64,000 nt of DNA from Candidatus Auribacter fodinae (GCA_003599815.1 QZJZ01000005.1:33410-97409); one strand, 5' to 3'; positions 38,351 through 48,517 are shown, counted from the stretch's first letter. Numbers and translations are program-made. Notes: generated from the sequence alone by a model not told the origin.

Positions 38351-39650
38351 TATGGATATCGCTATTCGGGTAGACTCAGTATCGAAGAAGTTCTGCATGC
38401 GTACACATCATATTATGTTGTACGGAACCATAGATTTATGGCGCAGTTTCTGTGGATACCAGAAAGACAATTCCAGTTTGCGTTCCGGCGAATTCTGGGC
38501 TTTGGACGATATCAGCTTTGAGGTGAAGCAAGGCGAAGCGGTAGGGCTGATCGGCCCGAACGGCGCCGGCAAGTCAACCATGCTCAAATTGCTGAACGGC
38601 ATTTATTTGCCTGATTCGGGGCGAATAGAGATGTATGGCAGGGTCGGCGCTCTTATTGAGGTCGGAGCAGGGTTTCATCCGATGCTGACAGGCAGGGAAA
38701 ACATATACCTGAACGGCGGCATACTGGGTATGAGCAAAGCTGAAATACGTCGTCATTTCGATGAAATTGTCGATTTCTCCGGTATCGAACCGTTTCTTGA
38801 CACGCCTGTCCGGCATTATTCGAGCGGTATGTATGTGCGGCTCGGTTTTTCCATCGCTGTCCATTCAAATCCTGAAATACTGCTGGTGGATGAAGTGCTT
38901 GCCGTGGGCGATGCCGTGTTCAGGCGCAAATGCCTGCAATACATGAAGAACCTGCATAAAAAAGGTGTTACGTTCATTATTGTCAGCCACAATATGATGA
39001 CCATAGAAGGCATAACCGCCCAATGCCTGTATTTTGATAAAGGCAAACTCGCGGGCGACGGCGCGCCGGGCGATGTGATCAGTTTATACGAGATGTCGCT
39101 GGCTCAGAAGGAAGCAGACTCCGGCAACAGGATAAAACCGGATCATGAGCAGTATCCCGATTCGCTTGATTTGGTTGAATACTGGGATTACGGCACAGCG
39201 GAAGTGCATGTACGCGCAGTGCGGTTATATGATATGAACGGTGAGAAAAAGGGACGGTTTGACTCCGATGAGGGAATATGTGTTGAGGCTGTGCTGGACA
39301 GTGCAATAGAAGGTAACGTTTTGTTCTGGCTAACGTTAGCCAATTCTGACAATGTTGCCTGCATGGGAAGCCTGAATATACCGTATACCATGAAAAAAGG
39401 TGTTCAGAACGTGCGGTTTACCTTCAATCCGCTTCGGTTGTCGACAGGGGCATATAAAATCGTGTTTGTCATCAATGATGAGACCGGAACGAATCCATAC
39501 AGTAACGGGCATTACGGTTTTTTTGAAGTGCTGAAAAAGTCTGCCGTAGTGAATCCCGGTTTTGTTGCGCCGATATGCTGGGTTGAACCCGAAGTGGAAT
39601 CATCCGTTATTATACGGGATAATTCCAGCGGCGGAACAAAAGGCGTATAG
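38334..39650 (+). CDS. wzt: ABC polysaccharide exporter ATPase (Wzt/KpsT/TagH) with C-terminal substrate-binding extension
   Basis: Walker A GPNGAGKST, signature SSGMYVRL, Walker B LLVDEV. An extra ~180-aa C-terminal domain is present. The start overlaps the wzm stop. Confidence 0.85.
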   Translation: MSNGYNMDIAIRVDSVSKKFCMRTHHIMLYGTIDLWRSFCGYQKDNSSLRSGEFWALDDISFEVKQGEAVGLIGPNGAGKSTMLKLLNGIYLPDSGRIEMYGRVGALIEVGAGFHPMLTGRENIYLNGGILGMSKAEIRRHFDEIVDFSGIEPFLDTPVRHYSSGMYVRLGFSIAVHSNPEILLVDEVLAVGDAVFRRKCLQYMKNLHKKGVTFIIVSHNMMTIEGITAQCLYFDKGKLAGDGAPGDVISLYEMSLAQKEADSGNRIKPDHEQYPDSLDLVEYWDYGTAEVHVRAVRLYDMNGEKKGRFDSDEGICVEAVLDSAIEGNVLFWLTLANSDNVACMGSLNIPYTMKKGVQNVRFTFNPLRLSTGAYKIVFVINDETGTNPYSNGHYGFFEVLKKSAVVNPGFVAPICWVEPEVESSVIIRDNSSGGTKGV

Positions 39651-39768
39651 ATTTTATGTCATGCCGTAAGAACGGGTTAATATAGTTTGGGATTTGTAGG
39701 AAAGTTTTAACGTTTTATAAAGGTGTCTAATTAAGGTGCTTCAGCGGCGTGGTGAGCTCAAAATGAAT

Positions 39769-39828
39769 AGAGCGAGATTGCCGTAGCCTCTGAGGGCTTT
39801 GCTCTGACATTCTTTTGTGTTTTTTTTG
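39769..39828 (+). terminator. Putative intrinsic terminator after wzt
   Basis: AGAGC...GCTCT stem with inner CCTC-t-GAGG, followed by TTCTTTTGTGTTTTTTTT. Confidence 0.3.
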
Positions 39829-39931
39829 TTGCCCCCAGTGTTAAGAAGACAGGGGAAATTGAGAAATGCTATTTGATTTTGCACCTTGGTAATTTGCTAT
39901 GCTGTAAGTAATCTATCCATATGGAGTTGCT

Positions 39932-41026
39932 ATGCAGGGCAAATCGCATCGGCTGGACGTTTTGTTTGTTCCTGACTGGACACTGTATAACGCGTATCAG
40001 AACCTGCTTGCTGAATCGCTGATCTCGGCGGGAAATGATGTGCGGTTTGGTGCGTTCGCACGCCGGTGGTCTGTCCTGCGTAAAGTGCATGCTACCCGCC
40101 TGCCGGACGTCCTGCATGTTCATTGGCCTGATCCGTACATATTCGGGCAGGAAGTGCTGAGCGGCCGTAAGGAACTGATTATGAACGGTATCAGTTTCCT
40201 GATCGAAATACTGTGGCTGAAAATGCGCGGGGTAAAAGTGGTGTGGACGGTTCATGACCTGTGCAGTCATGATTCCCGGTATTGTGATTACGAACGGTTC
40301 TTTTTGAAGATGCTTGTGCGGGTAAGTGACCGTATCGTAGTGCATAGTAATCACGCTAAAAAGCTGGTGATTGAACGGTATTCCATATCTTCATCACAGG
40401 CGAAAAAGATGAGCGTTATTCCGCTCGGGCACTATATGCACCGGTATAAGAATACTGTCAGCAGGGAACAGGCGCGTGCGCGGCTGGACATTCCCCCGGA
40501 TGAGACGGTATTTTTATATTTCGGCTTGGTGCGGTGTTATAAAGGTGTGGAAGACCTGCTTGACGCGTTTCAGGAACTGAACCCTGCAAAAAGCATTTTG
40601 CTGATTGTAGGGCTGGCATTGGAAGAATCATACAGGGATTTTCTGAAGCAGAAGTACGGTGCTGACCCGCGAATCAGATTTGTACTGGAATTCGTGCCTG
40701 ATGACGACATCCAGCTTTATTTTAATGCGTCTGATTGTGTTGTTCTGCCGTACAGGCGAATTCTGACGTCCAGCACGCTGATGCTGGTTTTGTCTTTTGC
40801 CCGTCCGGTGGTTGTTCCTGCGTTTGAATGTATTGCGGAGGTATTGAATGGGGAGGGGAACATTATGTATAACCCTGATTCGCAGAATGCGCTTCGCACT
40901 GCTCTGCGGGAAGCTTTGAAAATGGACTACAAAGAGGTTGGGAACATGAATCTTGCTTTGGCGCAGTCTGAGCCGTACCAGTGGTCAACTATAGCCGATC
41001 AATATACGTCCGTATACCGAACATAA
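39932..41026 (+). CDS. Glycosyltransferase family 1 (GT4-type)
   Basis: FLYFGLVRCYKGVEDLL...LLIVG...DCVVLPYR is a GT1 C-terminal domain. Confidence 0.8.
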   Translation: MQGKSHRLDVLFVPDWTLYNAYQNLLAESLISAGNDVRFGAFARRWSVLRKVHATRLPDVLHVHWPDPYIFGQEVLSGRKELIMNGISFLIEILWLKMRGVKVVWTVHDLCSHDSRYCDYERFFLKMLVRVSDRIVVHSNHAKKLVIERYSISSSQAKKMSVIPLGHYMHRYKNTVSREQARARLDIPPDETVFLYFGLVRCYKGVEDLLDAFQELNPAKSILLIVGLALEESYRDFLKQKYGADPRIRFVLEFVPDDDIQLYFNASDCVVLPYRRILTSSTLMLVLSFARPVVVPAFECIAEVLNGEGNIMYNPDSQNALRTALREALKMDYKEVGNMNLALAQSEPYQWSTIADQYTSVYRT

Positions 41027-41035
41027 GGATAGAAT

Positions 41036-42016
41036 ATGTCGAAACCGAATATCAGTGTTGTCGTCCCTGCATATAATGCTGAGAAAACCATAGGGTTGTG
41101 TCTGGACAGCATTCTGCGGCAGAATTATCCGCAGGATAAAATGGAAGTCCTCGTTGTGGATAACAACTCCATGGATTCCACAGCTGAGATTATCAAATCA
41201 TATCCGGTTACGTATCTTTTTGAAGACAAAATACAGTCACCGTCAGGGGCTCGGAATAAAGGTATTGTCAACGCGCGGCATGGACTTATCGCGTTTATCG
41301 ACAGTGACTGCATCGCAGATGAACATTGGCTTGCGAATGGAATTACCTCGCTGGATGATGAATCTGTAGGTGCGGTAGGCGGTAAAATACTGGCATATAA
41401 ACCTGAAACATACATTGAAGAGTATCAGGACCGATCCGGTGTTCTGTGGCATGTGGTAAGCGATGAAGCGCACGCGAGGCGCGAGGCACGACTTGTTACT
41501 GCCAACGCTTTTTTCAGAAAAGATGTATTTGATACCCTCGGCTTATTCGACCTGCGGTACAAAGGGGCTGGCGAGGATACGGATATCTGTTACGCAATGT
41601 TGCGGCATACAAACTATAAATTGACGTATAACGAACATGCGCTCGTATGGCATAAGCACCGCACGAACCTCAGACAGTTTTGTAAGCAATACGTACGATA
41701 TGGCTATAACAATATGTTTTTGGATCAGAAATTCTATCCCGAAATAGTCAATGAGATGCACGAAAGCGCTGACAATCATGGAGTACTGCGCACCTTTTAC
41801 TGGCGTTTTTTGTACAGGGAAACATGCAGGGAGTGTTGTGCTGTATTCCCTGCGCTGGGTAGGTACCTTACATCGTTTAAACGGGCGGATAAAACTGCGT
41901 TGTTCGATTCTGTTTTATTCGCGTTAAGTAAAATTGCGTTTGTGCGCGGCGAAATAAGAGCTTTCAAAGAGATCCGCGCGGTACGGGAAAAGCTGACAGA
42001 GGACATCCGCCCATGA
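41036..42016 (+). CDS. Glycosyltransferase family 2
   Basis: ISVVVPAYNAEKTI...VLVVDNNSMDST...FIDSDC shows the GT2 DxD and associated motifs. Confidence 0.85.
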   Translation: MSKPNISVVVPAYNAEKTIGLCLDSILRQNYPQDKMEVLVVDNNSMDSTAEIIKSYPVTYLFEDKIQSPSGARNKGIVNARHGLIAFIDSDCIADEHWLANGITSLDDESVGAVGGKILAYKPETYIEEYQDRSGVLWHVVSDEAHARREARLVTANAFFRKDVFDTLGLFDLRYKGAGEDTDICYAMLRHTNYKLTYNEHALVWHKHRTNLRQFCKQYVRYGYNNMFLDQKFYPEIVNEMHESADNHGVLRTFYWRFLYRETCRECCAVFPALGRYLTSFKRADKTALFDSVLFALSKIAFVRGEIRAFKEIRAVREKLTEDIRP

Positions 42017-42975
42017 CAATGCCGTTTGTCAGTGTCGTCGTCCCCGCCTACAACGCCGCCGCCACCATAGGGCAGTGCATAGAAAGCCTTATCAGCCAGA
42101 CATATCCAAAAGAAAAACTGGAAATACTCATTATTGACAATAATTCGTCCGATGAAACTGCTGATATTATCCGTTCGTACCCGGTAACGTATTTAAGCGA
42201 ATCGAACCAGTCGCGGTCAGCCGCGCGGAACAAGGGAATCAGGCATGCCCGGGGCGATATAATCGCGTTTACGGACAGTGACTGCGCGGCACAGCACGAC
42301 TGGCTGGAAAAAGGCGTTCAGCCGTTCGAGGATGAATGGATCGGCGGTGTCGGCGGGCCGATTCTCGCTTATAACCCGTCAACATGGATCGAACGCGCAC
42401 AGGATATCCTGCGCATATTTAATCAGGAAGAAACCATTTCTCCTGAGCGGGTGGAGGCAGGAACTGCTGTCATAGCCACTCCGAACGCGCTGTACCGCAA
42501 AGACGCCCTTCTTGCCGCGGGGTTGTTTGACGAGCGCCTGAAGGGAGCTGAAGATTATGACCTGAGCTACAAAATCCAGCGCATAACAGATTACAGTTTC
42601 GCCTATCAGCCTGACGCGATCACCTATCACCGGCACGCTCAGACCTTTGAAAAAGTGGTAACTCAATATTTTCGTTACGGTTATGCCTACATGGAATGCG
42701 AAGAGCAGAAAGAGTGCCTTGTGAAGCTTGATGAGAGTATCCGCGCCCACGGCTTGGCGCGGGTGGTTTACTGGAAAATCCTGCAGTACCGTATTCCGGC
42801 AAACCTGAAGAGATGTGTGTCGTACGGTTTGAAATATCTGTTCTCCCTCAGGCAGGATACGAAACAGTATCTTGAGTTATCATTTTTGGATTGCGTTCAG
42901 CAGGCGGCGTTTCTGGCTGGAGAAATGCAGTCGTATATGGTTAATCGGGTTCGGCTCAGGGAAAACAAGAATTAA
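42013..42975 (+). CDS. Glycosyltransferase family 2, tandem paralog
   Basis: VSVVVPAYNAAATI...ILIIDNNSSDET...FTDSDC. The start overlaps the previous stop (ATGA). Confidence 0.85.
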   Translation: MTMPFVSVVVPAYNAAATIGQCIESLISQTYPKEKLEILIIDNNSSDETADIIRSYPVTYLSESNQSRSAARNKGIRHARGDIIAFTDSDCAAQHDWLEKGVQPFEDEWIGGVGGPILAYNPSTWIERAQDILRIFNQEETISPERVEAGTAVIATPNALYRKDALLAAGLFDERLKGAEDYDLSYKIQRITDYSFAYQPDAITYHRHAQTFEKVVTQYFRYGYAYMECEEQKECLVKLDESIRAHGLARVVYWKILQYRIPANLKRCVSYGLKYLFSLRQDTKQYLELSFLDCVQQAAFLAGEMQSYMVNRVRLRENKN

Positions 42976-45018
42976 TCAGTTATTTATGACGTTGTGGATC
43001 GTGGCGCTCAGGTCGTGTATGTCGAACGGTTTTACCACCATACCGCTGAATCCGTACGCTGTGTGGTCTGCCATGACCGGGTCGTTTGAGTAACCGCTGG
43101 ATACGATTGCCCGTGCCTGCGGGTATTCCCGTTTCAGGCGGGTTATGGTTTCCTTGCCTCCCATGCCGCCGGGTATAGTGAGATCCATGATAACCAGATC
43201 GAACGGTTGGGAATTGTCCCATGCGTTTTTGAATACCTCAAGAGCTTCCTTGCCGTCGCGCGTGGCGGTAACTTTATAACCTAAAGTTGTTAAAGCTGAT
43301 TCGAGCAGTTCGCGAACCATATCCTCATCATCCATTACCAGTATTTTTCCGGTGCCGTAATAGGTTTTTTTCTCCGCAGGCAGCGATTCGGGCTGATGTG
43401 CACAGGGTCTGGCGGCGCAGGGCAGATGGATAGTGAATATGGTGCCCGTACCAAGTTCGGATTTGACTGACATCGCCCCGCCGTGTTTTTTTACGATGGA
43501 GTATGTCGTGGACAATCCAAGTCCTGACCCGAACTCTTTTGTGGTAAAATACGGGTCGAATATTTTCGACAGGTTCTCGGGGTTGATGCCGATACCCGTG
43601 TCCTGAATGGAAATGTGCACATAGCTTCCCGGCTGGAGTCCGGAAGGATCATTATTGCTGATAGTTTCGTTCTTCAGGGTAACATAGATTATGCCGCCGT
43701 CCGGCATAGCCTGCATGGCGTTGAGGATGAGGTTATGTATCACCTGATTTATCTGTCCTTTATCTGCATTGACGGGCGATATGTTTTGTTCAATATCAAA
43801 CTCGCATTTTATGGCGGATCCTTTGAGCACGAACGTTGCGGAATCCCTGACTATTTCCTCCAGAGACACGGATTCCTTGATGGGGTTTCCTCCTTTGGCA
43901 AATGTCAGGAACTGGGAACTGAGTTTTTTTGCGTTGAGCGACGCTTTTTTAGCTCCCTGCAATATTTCGCGCATTTCTTCACTGGAGAGGTTCGCGTTGA
44001 GCGCAAGGTCTATGTTGCCCAGAATGGCGGTCAGCAGGTTGTTGAAGTCGTGCGCAATGCCTCCGGCGAGTACTCCTATTGATTCCAGCTGGCGGGCGCG
44101 CATCAGTTCTTCTTTCATCTTTTTATGTTCACGGATATCCATGAACGATTCAACGAGGTATCGCTCATGATTGATTTCTATCGGGATAACATTTTTCAAT
44201 ATTGGAATACTGTATCCGTCCGCGTGCTTTATCTCACGTTCCGCCGTATTTACTCGTTTCCCTTCGTCAAAAATGGGGCATCGGTGTGTAACATCCTCGC
44301 ACATAAGGACACTGCATTTCTGCCCGATAATATCGTCCCGTTTTTTGCTGACGAGTTCCAGTGCGGCGGAATTAATTTCCACTATTTCTTTGTTTCCGTT
44401 GACCAGAATAATGCCGACAGGCGATGAGTGGAGCAGTGTCTGAAACCATTTATTGCTCAGGTTTAGAGCGTCGATAGCGTTTTTGCGCTGTATAATAACC
44501 CCTGCCAGTCCGAGAAATGTATCTACCATATCTTTCATCTTGAGCGGTTTTCCTGAAGGACGGCGTATTATGGCGAACCCGGTTATATCTGTTTCTTTTT
44601 TCAGTGTCAGAGTATAGTACAGGCACTCGTTATTACTCTGAAAAGAGCAGTACCAGCATGAATTTGGCAATACGCTGATAAGGCTGTCTTTCACATCCAT
44701 TATTTTAGTTATAGTTTGTTCGGAGTAAAGTGCAAGCACTTTTTCGGGCAAGGGTATGCCGCGCAATTGCTGGTTTTTTGACGGAGGTGCGCCTGTGCTT
44801 CCTTCCACTGACACCGCTTCAAGGGAAATAGCGCGGGCGGCTTTATCGAACGAGAAAAGGAGGGCCGCATCAGCGTCACATATCAGGCGCAGGTTGCCGC
44901 ACAGGATGGAGTATACCTGCTCATCAGGCGAGCTGTTCACCTGAATGACGGTATCGTATAGAACGCGGAACGCCCGGTTCCTGCGCTCAAGTATTTCCTG
45001 TGATAATATTTTATTCAT
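42976..45018 (-). CDS. Hybrid sensor histidine kinase / response regulator (GAF/PAS, HisKA, HATPase, REC), cytoplasmic
   Basis: H-box GGIAHDFNNLLTAILGN and a C-terminal KILVMDDEDMVREL...DLVIMDLTIPGGMGG receiver. Confidence 0.85.
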   Translation of the reverse strand: MNKILSQEILERRNRAFRVLYDTVIQVNSSPDEQVYSILCGNLRLICDADAALLFSFDKAARAISLEAVSVEGSTGAPPSKNQQLRGIPLPEKVLALYSEQTITKIMDVKDSLISVLPNSCWYCSFQSNNECLYYTLTLKKETDITGFAIIRRPSGKPLKMKDMVDTFLGLAGVIIQRKNAIDALNLSNKWFQTLLHSSPVGIILVNGNKEIVEINSAALELVSKKRDDIIGQKCSVLMCEDVTHRCPIFDEGKRVNTAEREIKHADGYSIPILKNVIPIEINHERYLVESFMDIREHKKMKEELMRARQLESIGVLAGGIAHDFNNLLTAILGNIDLALNANLSSEEMREILQGAKKASLNAKKLSSQFLTFAKGGNPIKESVSLEEIVRDSATFVLKGSAIKCEFDIEQNISPVNADKGQINQVIHNLILNAMQAMPDGGIIYVTLKNETISNNDPSGLQPGSYVHISIQDTGIGINPENLSKIFDPYFTTKEFGSGLGLSTTYSIVKKHGGAMSVKSELGTGTIFTIHLPCAARPCAHQPESLPAEKKTYYGTGKILVMDDEDMVRELLESALTTLGYKVTATRDGKEALEVFKNAWDNSQPFDLVIMDLTIPGGMGGKETITRLKREYPQARAIVSSGYSNDPVMADHTAYGFSGMVVKPFDIHDLSATIHNVINN

Positions 45019-45033
45019 TGCCTCTGGTTCTCT

Positions 45034-45576
45034 TTATTTCTTTTTCGGCCTGCTGAGCATAACCAGCCAGAACAGAGCCAGTATTACCACACTGCCTACC
45101 ACGTAGGGCTGGGGCACAGCCAGCAGTTCGGGCAACAGTATGTTCTGAACCTGATATCCCTGTTTCAGTATCGGGTCGATGACATACACTATAAGAGCCA
45201 TGCCCGGGATAAACGAGAGAAAGACCACAAAAAACAGCAGGTTCCCTTCTCCCATCTGGCGCAGTGTGCCGAGAATGCACCCGCCGTTCAGAAGAATTCC
45301 CGCTCCGAAGATCATACCTGAAATAATGTTATAAAAACCGTACCCGCGCAGTTGCCCGATCGGTTTAAGGCCAAGTTCCGGCGCGATGAATTTCGAAAGA
45401 TAAAATCCGAGCGTTGATATGATAAATATCACCAGAAAAATGCGCAGAATGCGTTTTCCTTTGCCCATATAAATTTCACCAAGCCCGTGCGCGAAACAGA
45501 TACCGGCTTTCTGGACAAAGAAACCGAATCCGATGCCGAACAGGAACCCGTATAGTAAAAGCAATTTAAAGTCCAT
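45034..45576 (-). CDS. YeeE/YedE-family sulfur-compound transporter half, second
   Basis: Four TM segments and a GGCILG motif. Pairs with the upstream half. Confidence 0.6.
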   Translation of the reverse strand: MDFKLLLLYGFLFGIGFGFFVQKAGICFAHGLGEIYMGKGKRILRIFLVIFIISTLGFYLSKFIAPELGLKPIGQLRGYGFYNIISGMIFGAGILLNGGCILGTLRQMGEGNLLFFVVFLSFIPGMALIVYVIDPILKQGYQVQNILLPELLAVPQPYVVGSVVILALFWLVMLSRPKKK

Positions 45577-45589
45577 GATAGTGATCTCC

Positions 45590-46027
45590 TTATGACTGAG
45601 ACTTTATTGTCAGGCGGTACACGATAAACCCGCCAGCGAACATGCCGGCTATTGACAGCATGGACGATATTGATAACATCGGCAATCCTATAACGAATGA
45701 TGTTGTACAGGTACCCGGGGCAAGGGTAACGCCGATTCCGATAAGGAACCCGCCAAGTATAGCGCGCGGCAGTACTTTTGCTGCCGGCATGCGCAGGGTG
45801 AATTCACGATTTGTGGCGGAACTTACCAACGCGCCGACAATAACGCCCATATTCACTATAAACGAGAAGAGAAATGTTTTGTTCGGCCCAAGTTTCCCCA
45901 CCATCGGGAGAAAACTGCTTCCGCCTATCCAGAATTTATGTATGACGAAGTACATGATGACATTCAGAACCGCGAATGCCCCCGCATACATCAGTGTCGG
46001 GTTAAAGAATCCTTTTTTTTCTGCCAT
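45590..46027 (-). CDS. YeeE/YedE-family sulfur-compound transporter half, first
   Basis: TM protein with PGTCTTSF. Sits directly downstream of tusA. Confidence 0.6.
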   Translation of the reverse strand: MAEKKGFFNPTLMYAGAFAVLNVIMYFVIHKFWIGGSSFLPMVGKLGPNKTFLFSFIVNMGVIVGALVSSATNREFTLRMPAAKVLPRAILGGFLIGIGVTLAPGTCTTSFVIGLPMLSISSMLSIAGMFAGGFIVYRLTIKSQS

Positions 46028-46032
46028 GTTGA

Positions 46033-46257
46033 TTATCCTTCTGTGTTTGTTATTATTACTTCCCAGTAATCATTGTTCTTTTTTATGTTGATATCCAGAT
46101 ACTCGAATTCTTCAAGTTCTTCAGGAATTGACCTGATAGCGAGAGGGTCGTCAACAAGGAACACCTTGCATTCTCCGGATTCCATGACCTCTACACGCTG
46201 GACAACCTCAATAATGGGGAACGGGCAGAATTTGCCCCGAAGGTCTGTGCTTTCCAT
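46033..46257 (-). CDS. tusA: TusA-like sulfurtransferase
   Basis: 74 aa with the CPFP (CPxP) active-site motif near the N-terminus. Confidence 0.7.
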   Translation of the reverse strand: MESTDLRGKFCPFPIIEVVQRVEVMESGECKVFLVDDPLAIRSIPEELEEFEYLDINIKKNNDYWEVIITNTEG

Positions 46258-46723
46258 TTTGTACCTCTTTACGCAAATTAGGTTGTTTAAAATCAGATAT
46301 TTAATATATCGAACATTGTCGTTTAAAATTTACATAAAAATGGCATTTGCCTTGATGAGGTGTATATAAATCGCACTGCTGAGGCCGTTATCTCTGATGT
46401 TGGGTAACCTTCAGAAATGCAAAGAGATATTTATAGCGGACTCAATTCAGCGAATGCGATAAAATTACCGGACAGATTGACACATAATAAAACACCAACG
46501 CATGAGCGTACTGCACATAGCATAACAGTGGTTGCCGCCGAGCATGACACTGTCCATGCATCTACTTGTACTTTTTATGCCTAATTTATGCGAAAGCCAG
46601 CCATTAAATTGATTTTTATACAACGTTCTGTTGTTAAATTCTAACTATGACAATAATATACTAAAGTGTTTATGGTTTTGTGTCGCTCAATGGTGTAACG
46701 CATCATCGAAAGGAGATATACGT

Positions 46724-47266
46724 ATGGATTGCCCTAAATGTGTCGGAACACTGGAAAAACAGGAACTTGTCGGTATAGCTATTGATGAATGTTGCATGTG
46801 CGAAGGCATCTGATTTGACGCAGGCGAACTTGAAGATGTGATAAAGCGCGATTCCGAAAATTTCGAGTACATAGATGTTGGACGTGAACAGTTTGACGGC
46901 AAGGAGTTCTCTGACCTTGCCGGGCAATTGAACGAAAAACTGGGAAAATGCCCCCGGTGCGGTGACTGTACAGTATTGCTTAAAAGTGAGTATAAGAATG
47001 ATAAATGCCCTGTTATTATTGATATATGCCCTCATGGGCACGGAGTATGGCTTGACGGCGGAGAAATCCTTCAGCTTCGTAAGCGGGGGTTGGTTAATGC
47101 GTGTGACAAAGCGGAATTTTATATGGATTTCATTGGTTATATATTTTCCAAAGACGGGTTTAACGATGCTGTAAGAGGCACAGCCCGCATAATACGCAAT
47201 CTCATCGAGAAGCTCAAATACAACGACGGCCTCACCAAAGAAACCGCCATGGAAAAAGAAGAGTAA
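46724..47266 (+). pseudogene. Double zf-TFIIB-type zinc-ribbon protein interrupted by an in-frame TGA (46811-46813) at the conserved Trp of the first zinc ribbon
   Basis: RBS AAAGGAG before ATG 46724. MDCPKCVGTLEKQELVGIAIDECCMCEGI-TGA-FDAGELEDV continues in frame to 47266. It then contains an intact second ribbon CPRCGDC...CPHGHGVWLDGGEIL, in which W occupies the position of the TGA. Confidence 0.5.
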
Positions 47267-47376
47267 AAAAAGTCTTTAGAGTACGAATGAATGTTTTTTA
47301 CTGAGGATAAAAGAAAAGCAGGGCCAACGAATTCGGCCCTGCTTTTTGTATATATAAAACCCAGAGGAGGAGAGGA

Positions 47377-47931
47377 CTATTCCATATCGCCCGGTTCCGG
47401 CGCTTCAGGCGCGTCCGGTTCTTCGTCAGGAGGTGCCATGTGGCGTCGCCGTTCGTGTCTCATCTTGCGTAATTCCTTGCGCGCTTCATGTTTTACATCC
47501 ATCTTATATTTCAGGGCGGCGTACTGTTCCGGAGTGAGGACTTTTTTCATCTCAAGCACGCTGTTAATGCGGTCTGTGATCAATTGTTTCTGCACGGATG
47601 CGAGTTCGTCAGCCAGCGTATTAAGCGCAGTCTGATCTGATTCCGGTTTATCAAGTTCGTTTTTGATTTGTTTATGGAGTTCGCGTTTTTTCTCGTAAAG
47701 CGCCTGTTTCTGTTCCTGTCCCTGTTTGCGCATTTCGGCGAGCCGTGCTGTTTGTTCGTCGCTCAGATCGAGTTCACGCATAATTTCTTCGATGTCGTCT
47801 TTCATTTTACCGTGCCGTTTTCCGTATCCGCCCGGCCCTTTCTCGTCGCAGAAATCCTGTGCCGGGGCAAATTCTGCCGCTGATAATAACAGGGCTGATA
47901 TCATCCATATTGATAAGGTTCGCAGTTTCAT
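47377..47931 (-). CDS. Periplasmic Spy/CpxP-family (LTXXQ) protein
   Basis: Signal peptide. LSDEQTARLAEM and LTPEQYAAL are LTXXQ motifs. Coiled-coil, with a P/E-rich C-terminus. Confidence 0.7.
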   Translation of the reverse strand: MKLRTLSIWMISALLLSAAEFAPAQDFCDEKGPGGYGKRHGKMKDDIEEIMRELDLSDEQTARLAEMRKQGQEQKQALYEKKRELHKQIKNELDKPESDQTALNTLADELASVQKQLITDRINSVLEMKKVLTPEQYAALKYKMDVKHEARKELRKMRHERRRHMAPPDEEPDAPEAPEPGDME

Positions 47932-48016
47932 GTTTGTGTCTCCTTAATACTATAATTAATCTTTCAGTGTGGCGCCATTCACTAGTAATAACAAATCCCG
48001 CATCGCAAAAGTTCCG

Positions 48017-48517
48017 TTACATGAAAAAAACTTCAATGACAGAATCAAACTCGTCATCCGCTTCTGTTTCTGATTCGGACTGCTGTACGCCATTATCGGA
48101 AAATAGATAACTGGTTTGCTCGCTGATGTAATCGCCTGCTTCTTTGCTGTATTCAGGTGACGATGTCATCATAAAAAATACAAGAGATGCCGCTATGGCT
48201 GAAGCTATCGCTGTGTATGCCGGACGAGGTATATGCGTAATGAATGCCAGCCTGCCCAGCAAGCCGGTTGGTGTCTGCTGTTTATTTTCCTGCTCGATAC
48301 GATCCCTGATCGAGTTCCAGAGGCTTTCCGGCGGTTCGGCTTGCGGCAGTTTGTGTTCTGCTAAAGGCTCTACGGCGTATCGTTGAAAATCAGCGGCAAA
48401 TTCGCGGCATACTGCGCATTGTTTGAGGTGTGACTTAACCTGTTTCCTGATGTCCTCGGATGCGTGCCCGTCATGGTAATCTGTTAATATAAGATCTTGT
48501 ATGTCATTACATTTCAT
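48017..48517 (-). CDS. Anti-sigma factor (zf-HC2 type) with one TM segment
   Basis: HLKQCAVCREF is a zinc-finger anti-sigma motif. One central TM helix. Overlaps the sigma gene stop. Confidence 0.6.
   Translation of the reverse strand: MKCNDIQDLILTDYHDGHASEDIRKQVKSHLKQCAVCREFAADFQRYAVEPLAEHKLPQAEPPESLWNSIRDRIEQENKQQTPTGLLGRLAFITHIPRPAYTAIASAIAASLVFFMMTSSPEYSKEAGDYISEQTSYLFSDNGVQQSESETEADDEFDSVIEVFFM

Noticed and set aside
45011-45280. An 89-aa minus-strand ORF overlapping the yedE-half gene
   Set aside because: It is an alternative frame of the same region. The TM-rich YeeE/YedE frame is the coding one.
46724-47266. Genome-wide UGA=Trp/Gly recoding (genetic code 4 or 25) as an explanation for the internal TGA
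   Set aside because: Many well-supported genes in the window terminate at TGA with sensible lengths (for example 4522-6366 and 8868-9569), so TGA is a functional stop here.
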